Source: a virus
Virus record (IMG/VR): IMGVR_UViG_3300025137_000014
Span: 1-64,000 of that record
Length of the DNA: 64,000 bases
Strand: one strand, 5' to 3'
Each line of letters begins with the position of its first letter. Within the stretch, counting starts at the first letter, position 1. A program made the position numbers and the translations under genes. Positions 8,722 through 17,007 of the stretch are shown here, piece after piece. Below the pieces are notes generated by a model. It saw nothing but the letters and a program-made list of their open reading frames with translations. It made no database searches and was not told the origin of the DNA.

Positions 8722-8843
8722 GAATAATCTGTTATAAAGGACCAACCAATTACATCACACACGATTTTCCAAAAGAAGAACTTAATAATATACTAGACAT
8801 ATGCAAAGAACTTGATATCAAGTGGTATGTCTTAGTTTACTAA
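8718..8843 (+). CDS. Small hypothetical protein (41 aa)
   Basis: MRIICYKGPTNYITHDFPKEELNNILDICKELDIKWYVLVY*. Confidence 0.45.
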   Translation: MRIICYKGPTNYITHDFPKEELNNILDICKELDIKWYVLVY

Positions 8844-8862
8844 CGAAAGACTAAATACGACT

Positions 8863-9246
8863 ATGGACAAGTTACTAGTACACAAGCACCTGTTAATTCG
8901 TGCCGAGGTTAATAAGCCTCTACAAAACAAAAACAAAGCAATTAAGTATTTGCGAAAGATGATTAAAGCCATTGGTATGAAACCAATGTATGGACCCACT
9001 GCATCTTATTGTAAGATGGAAGGCAATAGAGGTCTAACTGCTTTTGCAATTATAGAAACATCACATATCGCTATGCATATATGGGACGAAGTAAGTCCTG
9101 CATTGTGTCAGTTAGATGTATATACTTGTTCTGAAATGGATCCTAATCAGGTTCTGCCTTTCTTAGAACTTATGGAACCTACTAAAGTAGAATATAAATT
9201 CTTAGATAGAGAAAGCAAGTTTGAAGAAATATACTCAAGTAAATAA
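8863..9246 (+). CDS. speD: Pyruvoyl-dependent S-adenosylmethionine decarboxylase homolog
   Basis: HLLIRAE...GLTAFAIIETSHIAMHIWDE...QLDVYTC matches the bacterial AdoMetDC fold and self-cleavage region. Confidence 0.8.
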   Translation: MDKLLVHKHLLIRAEVNKPLQNKNKAIKYLRKMIKAIGMKPMYGPTASYCKMEGNRGLTAFAIIETSHIAMHIWDEVSPALCQLDVYTCSEMDPNQVLPFLELMEPTKVEYKFLDRESKFEEIYSSK

Positions 9247-9292
9247 TTCAAACGTATATAAGTTACTCAATCCCAAAAAGATAAGTATTAAT

Positions 9293-10084
9293 ATGAAAGA
9301 AGTAGTTTTAGTAACAGGTGGATTCGATCCATTACATTCAGGTCATATAGAATACTTCAAGTCTGCTAAAGCATTAGGCAATGAACTAGTGGTAGGCATA
9401 AACTCAGATGAATGGTTAACTCGTAAAAAAGGTAGAGCATTTATGAACTTTGCTGAACGCAAAGTAATTATTGAGGCACTAGAAGTAGTTGACAAGGTTA
9501 TTGACTTTGATGATAGTGACGATACAGCCAGTTACGCATTATACAAGATACAATCTATGTATCCAATTGGTACTAAGTTTATATTCGCAAATGGCGGAGA
9601 TAGAGGTAATACTACAACACCCGAATACAAACAATATGCAGAAATGCCATGGGTTAGATTTGAATTTGGTGTAGGTGGTACAAACAAAAGAAACTCTAGT
9701 AGTTGGATACTTGATGATTGGAAAACACAGAGAACTCATAGAACATGGGGATACTGGCGAGTACTTGATGATAAACAACCTAAGGTTGGGCAGAAGATAA
9801 AAGAACTAGTTATCAACCCACGCAAGAGTTTATCAAATCAGAAACATAGATATAGAAACGAATATTGGTATGTCTTAGAAGGAGATATCATGATTGAACT
9901 AGAATTTAACAATAAAAAAGAAGCAATCTATCTGCGTCCACATGATACATTCTTAATACCTAAGGAATGTTGGCATAAAACAACGAATATTGGTGATGAT
10001 CCAGCACATATTATTGAAGTACAATATGGTGAAAGTTGTGAAGAATCAGACATTTTAAGAAAAGAAAACACTCTAAAAACTTGA
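9293..10084 (+). CDS. Cytidylyltransferase-like (RfaE-II/TagD type) domain fused to a cupin (ManC/PMI C-terminal type)
   Basis: TGGFDPLHSGH (HxGH), FANGGDR, then WGYWRVL...LSNQKHRYRNEYW...IIEVQYG. Start set at MKEVVLV. Confidence 0.8.
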   Translation: MKEVVLVTGGFDPLHSGHIEYFKSAKALGNELVVGINSDEWLTRKKGRAFMNFAERKVIIEALEVVDKVIDFDDSDDTASYALYKIQSMYPIGTKFIFANGGDRGNTTTPEYKQYAEMPWVRFEFGVGGTNKRNSSSWILDDWKTQRTHRTWGYWRVLDDKQPKVGQKIKELVINPRKSLSNQKHRYRNEYWYVLEGDIMIELEFNNKKEAIYLRPHDTFLIPKECWHKTTNIGDDPAHIIEVQYGESCEESDILRKENTLKT

Positions 10085-10108
10085 CAATATAGCGAATCGT
10101 GTTATAGT
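10076..10108 (+). promoter_or_regulatory. sigma70-type early promoter with GANTC
   Basis: TTGACA 10081 (contains the upstream TGA stop), CGAATCG 10093-10099, TGT-TATAGT 10103. Confidence 0.8.
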
Positions 10109-10139
10109 ATATACATAATCAACAACAGAGAGGTTAATT

Positions 10140-11720
10140 ATGAATACGAAAACACTAATAGCTACAGTATCAATGATTGTAGCACTGGCTACTTCATCGA
10201 ATGCGATGGATGAAAGTCAATTTAATCAAATGAAAAAGGACGGTATGATTACCACGTTTGGTAATTATATTTCTCCCGATAACAAAGTTGATACTGTGTG
10301 GGGTTCACATTATTATTTACCAAGTGATATGTTCGCAAAGAAAATAAAAGGTTCAATGGACGCAATATTTTGGTCAAATAGTCTTGCTTGGGGTAATTTC
10401 AATGGTGATGATACACCAGACTTAGTTATGGGTCATGAAATGAAAACTAGGTGTGAAGGTCTTGGTACAAAAGATACTCATACAGGTACTTGGTATTGTG
10501 AAGGTGAAACTCCTGATGATGTTTTGTCAATGCTACCATTTAGTATGTTTGAAGTATCTGACTCCATGAGAGAAAACCTAACTGACAATCTTATTGTCAC
10601 TGAAACAATGACAACTAGAAACTGTATTAGACCTCTAGTAGTAGATTTCAATAGTGATGGTATAGATGATTTGTTTTGTCCTAGTTCTACAGGTGGTAGA
10701 GATAAGAATGGTAAAGCATTCTTTGGTGGTGCCGACATGGTATTCATTTCAAATGGCAACGGTCAATGGGTTCAGACTAAAGAAAAAGGTGACATGGTAG
10801 GTAAGAACGGTTTCTACATGGGCTTTTCTCACGGTGCAACTGCGGCTGACATTGATAATGATGGTGACATAGATGTTATTACTCCTCATATACAATGGGA
10901 AAGCACTAAAGGTGGCGCAAAAATTTACTGTCATATAAATGATGGTAAAGGTAACTTCACTGTTAAGTGGTGTGCTGACCAATTTGCATTCTCAGTTACA
11001 ACTGGTGATTACAATGGTGACGGTAATGTTGACTTGATGGCGTCAGGTGGTTGGCATCAAAGCCCTGCTTACGCACATAACAATTCTAAAAAGCATCAGC
11101 AATCACCTATATTGTTTGGTGACGGTACAGGTAAATTTGGTAAGAATAAGAAATTAAAGTGGAAGTACTTAGAGCCTTCGTATGATATTTATGGTTCTAA
11201 TTTCTTGTTTACTTCTCTTATAGGTCCAGTATCATGGGACTTTGATAACGACGGTGATGTTGATATTGCCGGTACTTCAATAGGTCCTCTATACGTTGGT
11301 GGTACTCATACAGTATGGGCAAACGATGGTAAAGGTAACTTCACTGTTGCAGACCAAGTTCCATTAGAACAATCTCCAAAAGAGTTTTCTTCAAGAAAAG
11401 AATTCAAGAAGAAGATAGAAATGGAGACTAACCAATATAACTCGTACTGTGGTAGAAGTGTATTAATAGACTTGAATGAAGATGGACTTATGGATATCTT
11501 CTGTGATGGTCCTACACAAGACAAACATAACGGTTGGTTCTTTGTAAACCAAGGTAACTTAGAGTTTAAAAAAGTATCTCCTTACAAAGCATGGCAAGAA
11601 GGTTGGACCGATTACTACACTGGTGAATATGGTGGAGTAAACAAAAAGTTCGAAGGTTTCTTTGATGAAGACATGATGGGAGCAGGTGCTGGCTGGTGGA
11701 AGTATAAGTCAGACTTTTAA
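10140..11720 (+). CDS. Secreted FG-GAP/VCBS-repeat beta-propeller protein
   Basis: Signal peptide; six D-x-[ND]-x-D-G Ca-binding repeats (NFNGDDTPDL, DFNSDGIDDL, DIDNDGDIDV, DYNGDGNVDL, DFDNDGDVDI, DLNEDGLMDI); NDGKGNFTV occurs twice. Confidence 0.85.
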   Translation: MNTKTLIATVSMIVALATSSNAMDESQFNQMKKDGMITTFGNYISPDNKVDTVWGSHYYLPSDMFAKKIKGSMDAIFWSNSLAWGNFNGDDTPDLVMGHEMKTRCEGLGTKDTHTGTWYCEGETPDDVLSMLPFSMFEVSDSMRENLTDNLIVTETMTTRNCIRPLVVDFNSDGIDDLFCPSSTGGRDKNGKAFFGGADMVFISNGNGQWVQTKEKGDMVGKNGFYMGFSHGATAADIDNDGDIDVITPHIQWESTKGGAKIYCHINDGKGNFTVKWCADQFAFSVTTGDYNGDGNVDLMASGGWHQSPAYAHNNSKKHQQSPILFGDGTGKFGKNKKLKWKYLEPSYDIYGSNFLFTSLIGPVSWDFDNDGDVDIAGTSIGPLYVGGTHTVWANDGKGNFTVADQVPLEQSPKEFSSRKEFKKKIEMETNQYNSYCGRSVLIDLNEDGLMDIFCDGPTQDKHNGWFFVNQGNLEFKKVSPYKAWQEGWTDYYTGEYGGVNKKFEGFFDEDMMGAGAGWWKYKSDF

Positions 11721-11748
11721 TAACTAATTACTCTATATAAACTAAATT

Positions 11749-11775
11749 AGCCCGGCTCAGTGTCGGGCTTTTTTT
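11749..11775 (+). terminator. Intrinsic terminator
   Basis: AGCCCGG-CTCAGTG-TCGGGCT followed by a T run. Confidence 0.8.
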
Positions 11776-11778
11776 ATA

Positions 11779-11786
11779 GATAAATA
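11779..11786 (+). promoter_or_regulatory. Putative late promoter GATAAATA
   Basis: Immediately after a terminator, 26 nt before the sugar operon. Confidence 0.55.
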
Positions 11787-11812
11787 AGTATGTAGTTAAT
11801 AGAGAATTATAT

Positions 11813-12199
11813 ATGAAAAGAATTATTAAACTAGACCCAGATATTAATCCAATAACAGTTAAAGACGGTAGAGGTATAATCAGTACTTACTATCCTCAAA
11901 CAACTGATATTAAAGAATGGAGTTATATAGTAACTCTCAAGGGTTCTGTACGTGGACATCACTTACATAAAGAGTTTGACGAATATATTATGTTCGTAGA
12001 GGGCAGTGGTGTATATACTGAACTAACTGATGGTAAAGAACTAGTTACTCCTGTAGCAACTGGTGATTGTATCTTCATCCCTAGGTTAACACCTCATACT
12101 TTTTATCCAACTTCTGATTCAAAAGCAATCGCTCTTATAACAAAGAAATGGGACGATTGTATTGAACCGCTGACAAGAGTTGACAATGAAGAAAAATAA
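11813..12199 (+). CDS. Cupin, NDP-sugar isomerase/epimerase-like (RmlC/FdtA superfamily)
   Basis: GSVRGHHLHKEFDEYIMFVEG and IPRLTPHTF cupin motifs; NDP-sugar gene context. Confidence 0.7.
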   Translation: MKRIIKLDPDINPITVKDGRGIISTYYPQTTDIKEWSYIVTLKGSVRGHHLHKEFDEYIMFVEGSGVYTELTDGKELVTPVATGDCIFIPRLTPHTFYPTSDSKAIALITKKWDDCIEPLTRVDNEEK

Positions 12200-13388
12200 A
12201 AAGATAATTAGAATGATTGACAATGAACGTACTGATTGTAGAGTATGTGGAAGCCCTGTAAAAAAAATAATTGACTTTGGTAGAATACATATCAATGATT
12301 TTCCTACAACACCTGATGATACACCTGGCGAAGCACCTATGGTACTAGACCAGTGTGAGAAATGTGAGTTAGTTCAGCTTAGACACACAGTTAATCCAAA
12401 AATATTATATGGTGAACACTATTGGTATGAGAGTGGATTAAATTCTAAACTTAAAGATAACTTATTTGATATTGCAAGTTATGTAAATGAACACACTGAT
12501 AAAGGTGATGTAGTATTAGACATTGGTGCTAATGATGGTACGTTGTTAAGTGCAGTTAACTCAGATAGATATAGAGTCGGGTGTGAACCAGCACCTAATC
12601 TAATTAAGAAGTTAGTGAAAAACTGTGAAGCAACTATAAACGATATGTGGCATTATAAACTAATGCAAGGTAAGAAAGCTAAAGTTATTACTGCTATTGG
12701 TATGTTTTATGATATGGATAATCCAAATGACTTTATCTACAGTGTCAATGAAGCATTAACAGATGATGGTATTTTTATTGCACAGTTAATGACACTTGCT
12801 CCAATGCTTAAAATGAAAGACTTGGGTAATGTATGTCATGAACATTTAGAATATTATAGCTATAAAAGTCTTGTAGAGTTATACGAAAGCAATGGTCTTG
12901 AAATTTATAAAGTAGTAGAGAACGATATACAAGGTGGTAGTTATCAACTATGGGCTAGAAAAAAGAATGAAGGCAGTATAGAATATCATGAAGATTTATC
13001 TTCTTTAGAAACTTTCTTTAAAGATGTAGAACGAAATGGTGCATTGCTAAGAAGTGTATTACAAGATTCAAAAGTAGCTGGCAAAAAGAATTATGTCTAT
13101 GGTGCTAGTACAAAAGGAAATACAATGTTACAGTTTTGGAAACTGCATGATTTATTTGAAGGTGCCGCAGAAATTCATCCAGATAAAGTAGGCAGATATA
13201 CAGTTGGCACAGGAATACCTATTGTACATGAAGATGATGCAAAGAAAGATGCAGACTTGTTCTTTGTTCCTAATTTTGGATTTAAAGATATGTTTGTTGA
13301 AAAAGAAAGTGAATGGATTGAACAAGGAGGTAGAATGCTCTTTGCAATGCCAGATGTAAACGTAGTAGAAAAGAAATGGACGAAGTAA
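12180..13388 (+). CDS. NDP-sugar C-methyltransferase (TcaB9/EryBIII-like, Zn-binding class I MTase)
   Basis: CRVCGS...CEKCELVQL zinc site, LDIGANDG, HEHLEYYS, YGASTKGNT. Exact start uncertain. Confidence 0.85.
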   Translation: MTMKKNKKIIRMIDNERTDCRVCGSPVKKIIDFGRIHINDFPTTPDDTPGEAPMVLDQCEKCELVQLRHTVNPKILYGEHYWYESGLNSKLKDNLFDIASYVNEHTDKGDVVLDIGANDGTLLSAVNSDRYRVGCEPAPNLIKKLVKNCEATINDMWHYKLMQGKKAKVITAIGMFYDMDNPNDFIYSVNEALTDDGIFIAQLMTLAPMLKMKDLGNVCHEHLEYYSYKSLVELYESNGLEIYKVVENDIQGGSYQLWARKKNEGSIEYHEDLSSLETFFKDVERNGALLRSVLQDSKVAGKKNYVYGASTKGNTMLQFWKLHDLFEGAAEIHPDKVGRYTVGTGIPIVHEDDAKKDADLFFVPNFGFKDMFVEKESEWIEQGGRMLFAMPDVNVVEKKWTK

Positions 13389-13552
13389 TAATTTATGTTG
13401 ATGGCGAAGAAGCCATTTGCATGGGCGAGGATCTAAGCCATCCTAAAGTTTATTACTCTGTTCCTAAAGAAGGATTTGTAGTATGTGGATACTGCGGTAT
13501 TAAATTTACAAGAAAGAAAGAAGATGGAAGCGAGAGCAGTAAAACAAATTAA
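13376..13552 (+). CDS. zf-CHCC zinc-finger protein (NDUFS6/NUMM-like family), 58 aa, missed by the track
   Basis: Hand translation MDEVIIYVDGEEAICMGEDLSHPKVYYSVPKEGFVVCGYCGIKFTRKKEDGSESSKTN*, with C15-H22(PKVY)-C37-x2-C40. Confidence 0.75.
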   Translation: MDEVIIYVDGEEAICMGEDLSHPKVYYSVPKEGFVVCGYCGIKFTRKKEDGSESSKTN

Positions 13553-14120
13553 TCCAGTCGAGTCTCTAAATATACCTGGACTGTGGGACAACACTGTTTG
13601 GGTAAACCACGAACATCGTAGATACTTTATACCTATTTGGAGAAATGGTAACACATGTTTTATGTATAATATTGCTGAACAATATAATTATAAACTTGAA
13701 AAATTAGATAAAGATGCAGGATACATAGGCTATGTTTATTTAAGAAACCCTGACTTGCGTATAGAAGGACAACTTGAAATGGCTATTGCAAATAGTGAAC
13801 GAACAAACACAGTAGAAGATTGTTTAATACAAATACAAAAAGATACTGGATATCCTTTTGATATTCACTATAGACCTCAAGTTAGTTTTTTAGAAGGTTA
13901 TGATATAAAATATTATTTAGATTTAGATAATTTAAAACATGTAGGCGATAATCATATAGACAGTGTAACAGATTCAATGAAGGCGGCGACTCTTGCTCCG
14001 GCAGGAATTAACTATAGAAATCCTAAGATAGGAAATCTAACAATAAAGCCTCATCAAAAACAAATTATAAAACAAGTATATGAAAAAGATTATATCTTAT
14101 TCAAGGAGAAAATAAAATGA
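13524..14120 (+). CDS. Sulfotransferase family 2-like protein (divergent)
   Basis: FIPIWRNGNT (5'-PSB-like), LRNPDLR (RDP..R-like), HYRPQ, IKQVYEKDYILF. Start moved to MEARAV. Confidence 0.6.
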   Translation: MEARAVKQINPVESLNIPGLWDNTVWVNHEHRRYFIPIWRNGNTCFMYNIAEQYNYKLEKLDKDAGYIGYVYLRNPDLRIEGQLEMAIANSERTNTVEDCLIQIQKDTGYPFDIHYRPQVSFLEGYDIKYYLDLDNLKHVGDNHIDSVTDSMKAATLAPAGINYRNPKIGNLTIKPHQKQIIKQVYEKDYILFKEKIK

Positions 14121-15010
14121 GAATTGCAATAACAGGCGGAGCAGGATATGTTGGTTGTAGGCTAAGTGAACAACTATTAAATAATGGACATGAAGTTATT
14201 TGTATAGATTGGTTAAAGTATGGAGTACAACCTATATTAAATATCTTAGATAGAAAAGGATTTCATCTATACAAAATGGATATATGTGATCCAGCAGTCG
14301 AACCTATTCTAAAAAATTCTGATGCAGTAATTCATCTAGCAGGTATCGTAGGCTATCCTTCATGTGAGCGTGAACCTGATTTAGCATACAGAATTAATGT
14401 AGAAGGAACTAATAGAGTTATTGATGCTTCTATTGATAAGCCGTTCGTATATGCAAGTACGGGAAGTGTATATGGTGAACTGGGAAAAACATGTGACGAA
14501 ACATGTGAGACTAACCCCATTAGTACGTATAGTGTATATAAACTTGATGGTGAAAAGAAATTAAAAGGAACTGATGCAGTTATTCTAAGACCAGCAACTG
14601 CATTTGGTGTGAGTAATAGATTGAGGCAAGACTTACTTGTTAATGACTTTACTTATAAAGCAATAGCTGAAAAGAAATTGGTCTTATTTGAAAAGCACTT
14701 CAAACGTACTTTCTTAAGCATTAACGACTTGGCACGTTCATTTAGATGGGCGTTAGAGAAATACGATATTATGAAAGGCGAAATATGGAATGTCGGTGAT
14801 GAAAAATTAAATCATACCAAGCTAGACATTGCACAAATTATTAAAAAGAAAGTCGATTATGAATTAATCATTAATGATGAATTATCTCACGATAAAGATG
14901 GCAGAGACTATTTTGTTGACTATACAAAAATTAGAAACATCGGATTTACTGCTACCGAAACTCTTGAAGATGGTATTGATAGTTTAGTTAAGTTATATCA
15001 CGCCGCGTGA
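14117..15010 (+). CDS. NAD-dependent NDP-sugar epimerase/dehydratase (extended SDR)
   Basis: ITGGAGYVG, VIHLAGIVG, ASTGSVYG, YSVYK (YxxxK). Confidence 0.9.
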   Translation: MRIAITGGAGYVGCRLSEQLLNNGHEVICIDWLKYGVQPILNILDRKGFHLYKMDICDPAVEPILKNSDAVIHLAGIVGYPSCEREPDLAYRINVEGTNRVIDASIDKPFVYASTGSVYGELGKTCDETCETNPISTYSVYKLDGEKKLKGTDAVILRPATAFGVSNRLRQDLLVNDFTYKAIAEKKLVLFEKHFKRTFLSINDLARSFRWALEKYDIMKGEIWNVGDEKLNHTKLDIAQIIKKKVDYELIINDELSHDKDGRDYFVDYTKIRNIGFTATETLEDGIDSLVKLYHAA

Positions 15011-16071
15011 TTTTTAATGACACTTGCAATTTTCTTTACGTCTTCTTCACGTAAATCAAACTGACCAGGCAAATGTAAGCCTCTAGTTGCTAGTTCGTCT
15101 GCTATTGGTGTAGGTGTTTTCCACTTACGATGAAAAGGTTGATTACAAAGACTATCATATACTGCACGACAACCTATACCTTCTGTACGTAGTTCTTCAA
15201 CAAGTTTATCTCTCTTGCTTACTAGTATCTCTGGATACGTAGGTGTTGCATATTCTAAATCTGTAGGAATAAAATCTACTACTCCCTTTAAGTGTGTACG
15301 ATACCATTTAAATAACTGTTTCTTATGTTGTACTATGAATGGTAACTTCTTCATTTGAGGTACACCGAATGATGCTTGTAAGTCTGTGAACTTAAAATTT
15401 AATCCCATTACATTATAAACTTCGCCTACTTTAACTGTTCTGCCAAAGTTTTTAATAGCATGAATTTGTTTACTAATATTTTCATCGTTAGTAACGATAC
15501 AACCACCTTGTCCTGTAGTAATAATCTTTGGTGCACCAAAACTAAACACACCCATATCACCCATAGTACCACAGTGTATATCGTTGATTGTTTTGCTTCC
15601 CAATGCTTGTGCAGAGTCTTCAATAACGACTCTACCATTTTCTCTTAAAGATTTGATTCGTTCATGAACATCTTTAGGGTATCTACCATTAATTGCTGAT
15701 ACAAATATAACTCTACAATCTGCTGGTATCTTATCAAAGTTTATACAATAATTAAATGGGTCAACATCAACTATTACAGGAACACCGCCCATTAATATTG
15801 CACCATTACATGTAGCCGCTTGAGTATATGCACTTACGGCAAACTTCTCTCCTGGCTTGATTTTAGCTACCATAGAAGCACACAGGAGACCCGTAGTAGC
15901 ACTTGTTACCATGTGTGCATACTTGGCGCCTGTATAGTCACATATAAGTGATTCTAATTCTTTAGTTTTTGTGTGTTCCATAATCCACCCACTAGAATTT
16001 ACGTAGTCATATACGCTATCAATTTCTTCTTTCCCGTATACGGGATTCATGTGACTATTCTTTGTAAGCAT
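14998..16071 (-). CDS. DegT/DnrJ/EryC1/StrS PLP-dependent sugar aminotransferase
   Basis: IEDSAQALG, SFGAPKIITTGQGG (PLP lysine), GLNFKFTDLQA. Confidence 0.92.
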   Translation of the reverse strand: MLTKNSHMNPVYGKEEIDSVYDYVNSSGWIMEHTKTKELESLICDYTGAKYAHMVTSATTGLLCASMVAKIKPGEKFAVSAYTQAATCNGAILMGGVPVIVDVDPFNYCINFDKIPADCRVIFVSAINGRYPKDVHERIKSLRENGRVVIEDSAQALGSKTINDIHCGTMGDMGVFSFGAPKIITTGQGGCIVTNDENISKQIHAIKNFGRTVKVGEVYNVMGLNFKFTDLQASFGVPQMKKLPFIVQHKKQLFKWYRTHLKGVVDFIPTDLEYATPTYPEILVSKRDKLVEELRTEGIGCRAVYDSLCNQPFHRKWKTPTPIADELATRGLHLPGQFDLREEDVKKIASVIKNHAA

Positions 16072-16103
16072 TTGGAACCTTCTCTGTCTTATGTGTTACA
16101 TGT

Positions 16104-16112
16104 GTATTTATC
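16104..16112 (-). promoter_or_regulatory. Putative late promoter GATAAATAC
   Basis: In the short intergenic gap, 32 nt upstream of the DegT start, followed by an AGAGAAGG SD. Confidence 0.55.
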
Positions 16113-16116
16113 TATT

Positions 16117-17007
16117 CTACACCTGTTCATAATACCATTCATACGTTTTAGCGAATGCTTCTTCCATTGAAAATTTAGGAACCCAACCTAACTCTTTTAA
16201 ACGTGTATTGTCAATCGCTCTATTCTTAATTCCTTCAGGTCTATCAGTATTAAACCATAAGTTACCTTTGTATCCACTAACTTTAATTAGTAATTCAGCA
16301 ATCTCTCTAATAGATATCTCATACCCACTTGCTACGTTGACTGTATCGTATTTGTCATTATTTAAAATTATATCCATTCCTGAAACTGCATCTTCAATAT
16401 AAAGTATATCTCTGCTTTGATTTCCAGAACCCCATATCTCAATGCTATCTGTATTATTCTTACATGCATCTACAAACTTCTGCATCAACGCACCGATTAC
16501 ATGAGCATGTTCGCCTGTTCTGTCATGTGGTCCAAACATGTTTGTGTTTATCGCTGTACGCCAATTGGTATCATACTTTTCATTACTTGCTCTACACTGA
16601 TACATTCCCATTAGCTTAGGCAAAGCAGTTGGGAAATATGTAGCATAAGGTTCACCTTGAAGTAGTTGTGTTTCTTTATAAGGTTGATTTCCTATCTCAG
16701 GATAACTACACGTGCTTCCTTGTAATAATACTCTATCTGTTTTTGCAACATGACATGCTTCAAATATATTATTTTGAATTGTTAGGTTCTTAATCATTAA
16801 TTCAAAACTCTTATCTAGGTCTTCTTGCAGTCCACCGACAGTAGCGGCATTTATAACGACATGTGTATGTTTCAATTTGATATCTTGCTTAGTTGAGATA
16901 TTAGATGTGAAGTCTACATTCTGTGTATTGCCTCCTTCTGCATCTGGTATTAATTTCTTATACCATGTGCCTACAAGTCCTCTATCTCCTGCTATATAAT
17001 ATTTCAT
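16117..17007 (-). CDS. fcl: GDP-L-fucose synthase-like epimerase/reductase
   Basis: IAGDRGLVG, INAATVGG, GSTCSYP, NMFGPHD, WGSGNQSRDILYIED. Confidence 0.8.
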   Translation of the reverse strand: MKYYIAGDRGLVGTWYKKLIPDAEGGNTQNVDFTSNISTKQDIKLKHTHVVINAATVGGLQEDLDKSFELMIKNLTIQNNIFEACHVAKTDRVLLQGSTCSYPEIGNQPYKETQLLQGEPYATYFPTALPKLMGMYQCRASNEKYDTNWRTAINTNMFGPHDRTGEHAHVIGALMQKFVDACKNNTDSIEIWGSGNQSRDILYIEDAVSGMDIILNNDKYDTVNVASGYEISIREIAELLIKVSGYKGNLWFNTDRPEGIKNRAIDNTRLKELGWVPKFSMEEAFAKTYEWYYEQV

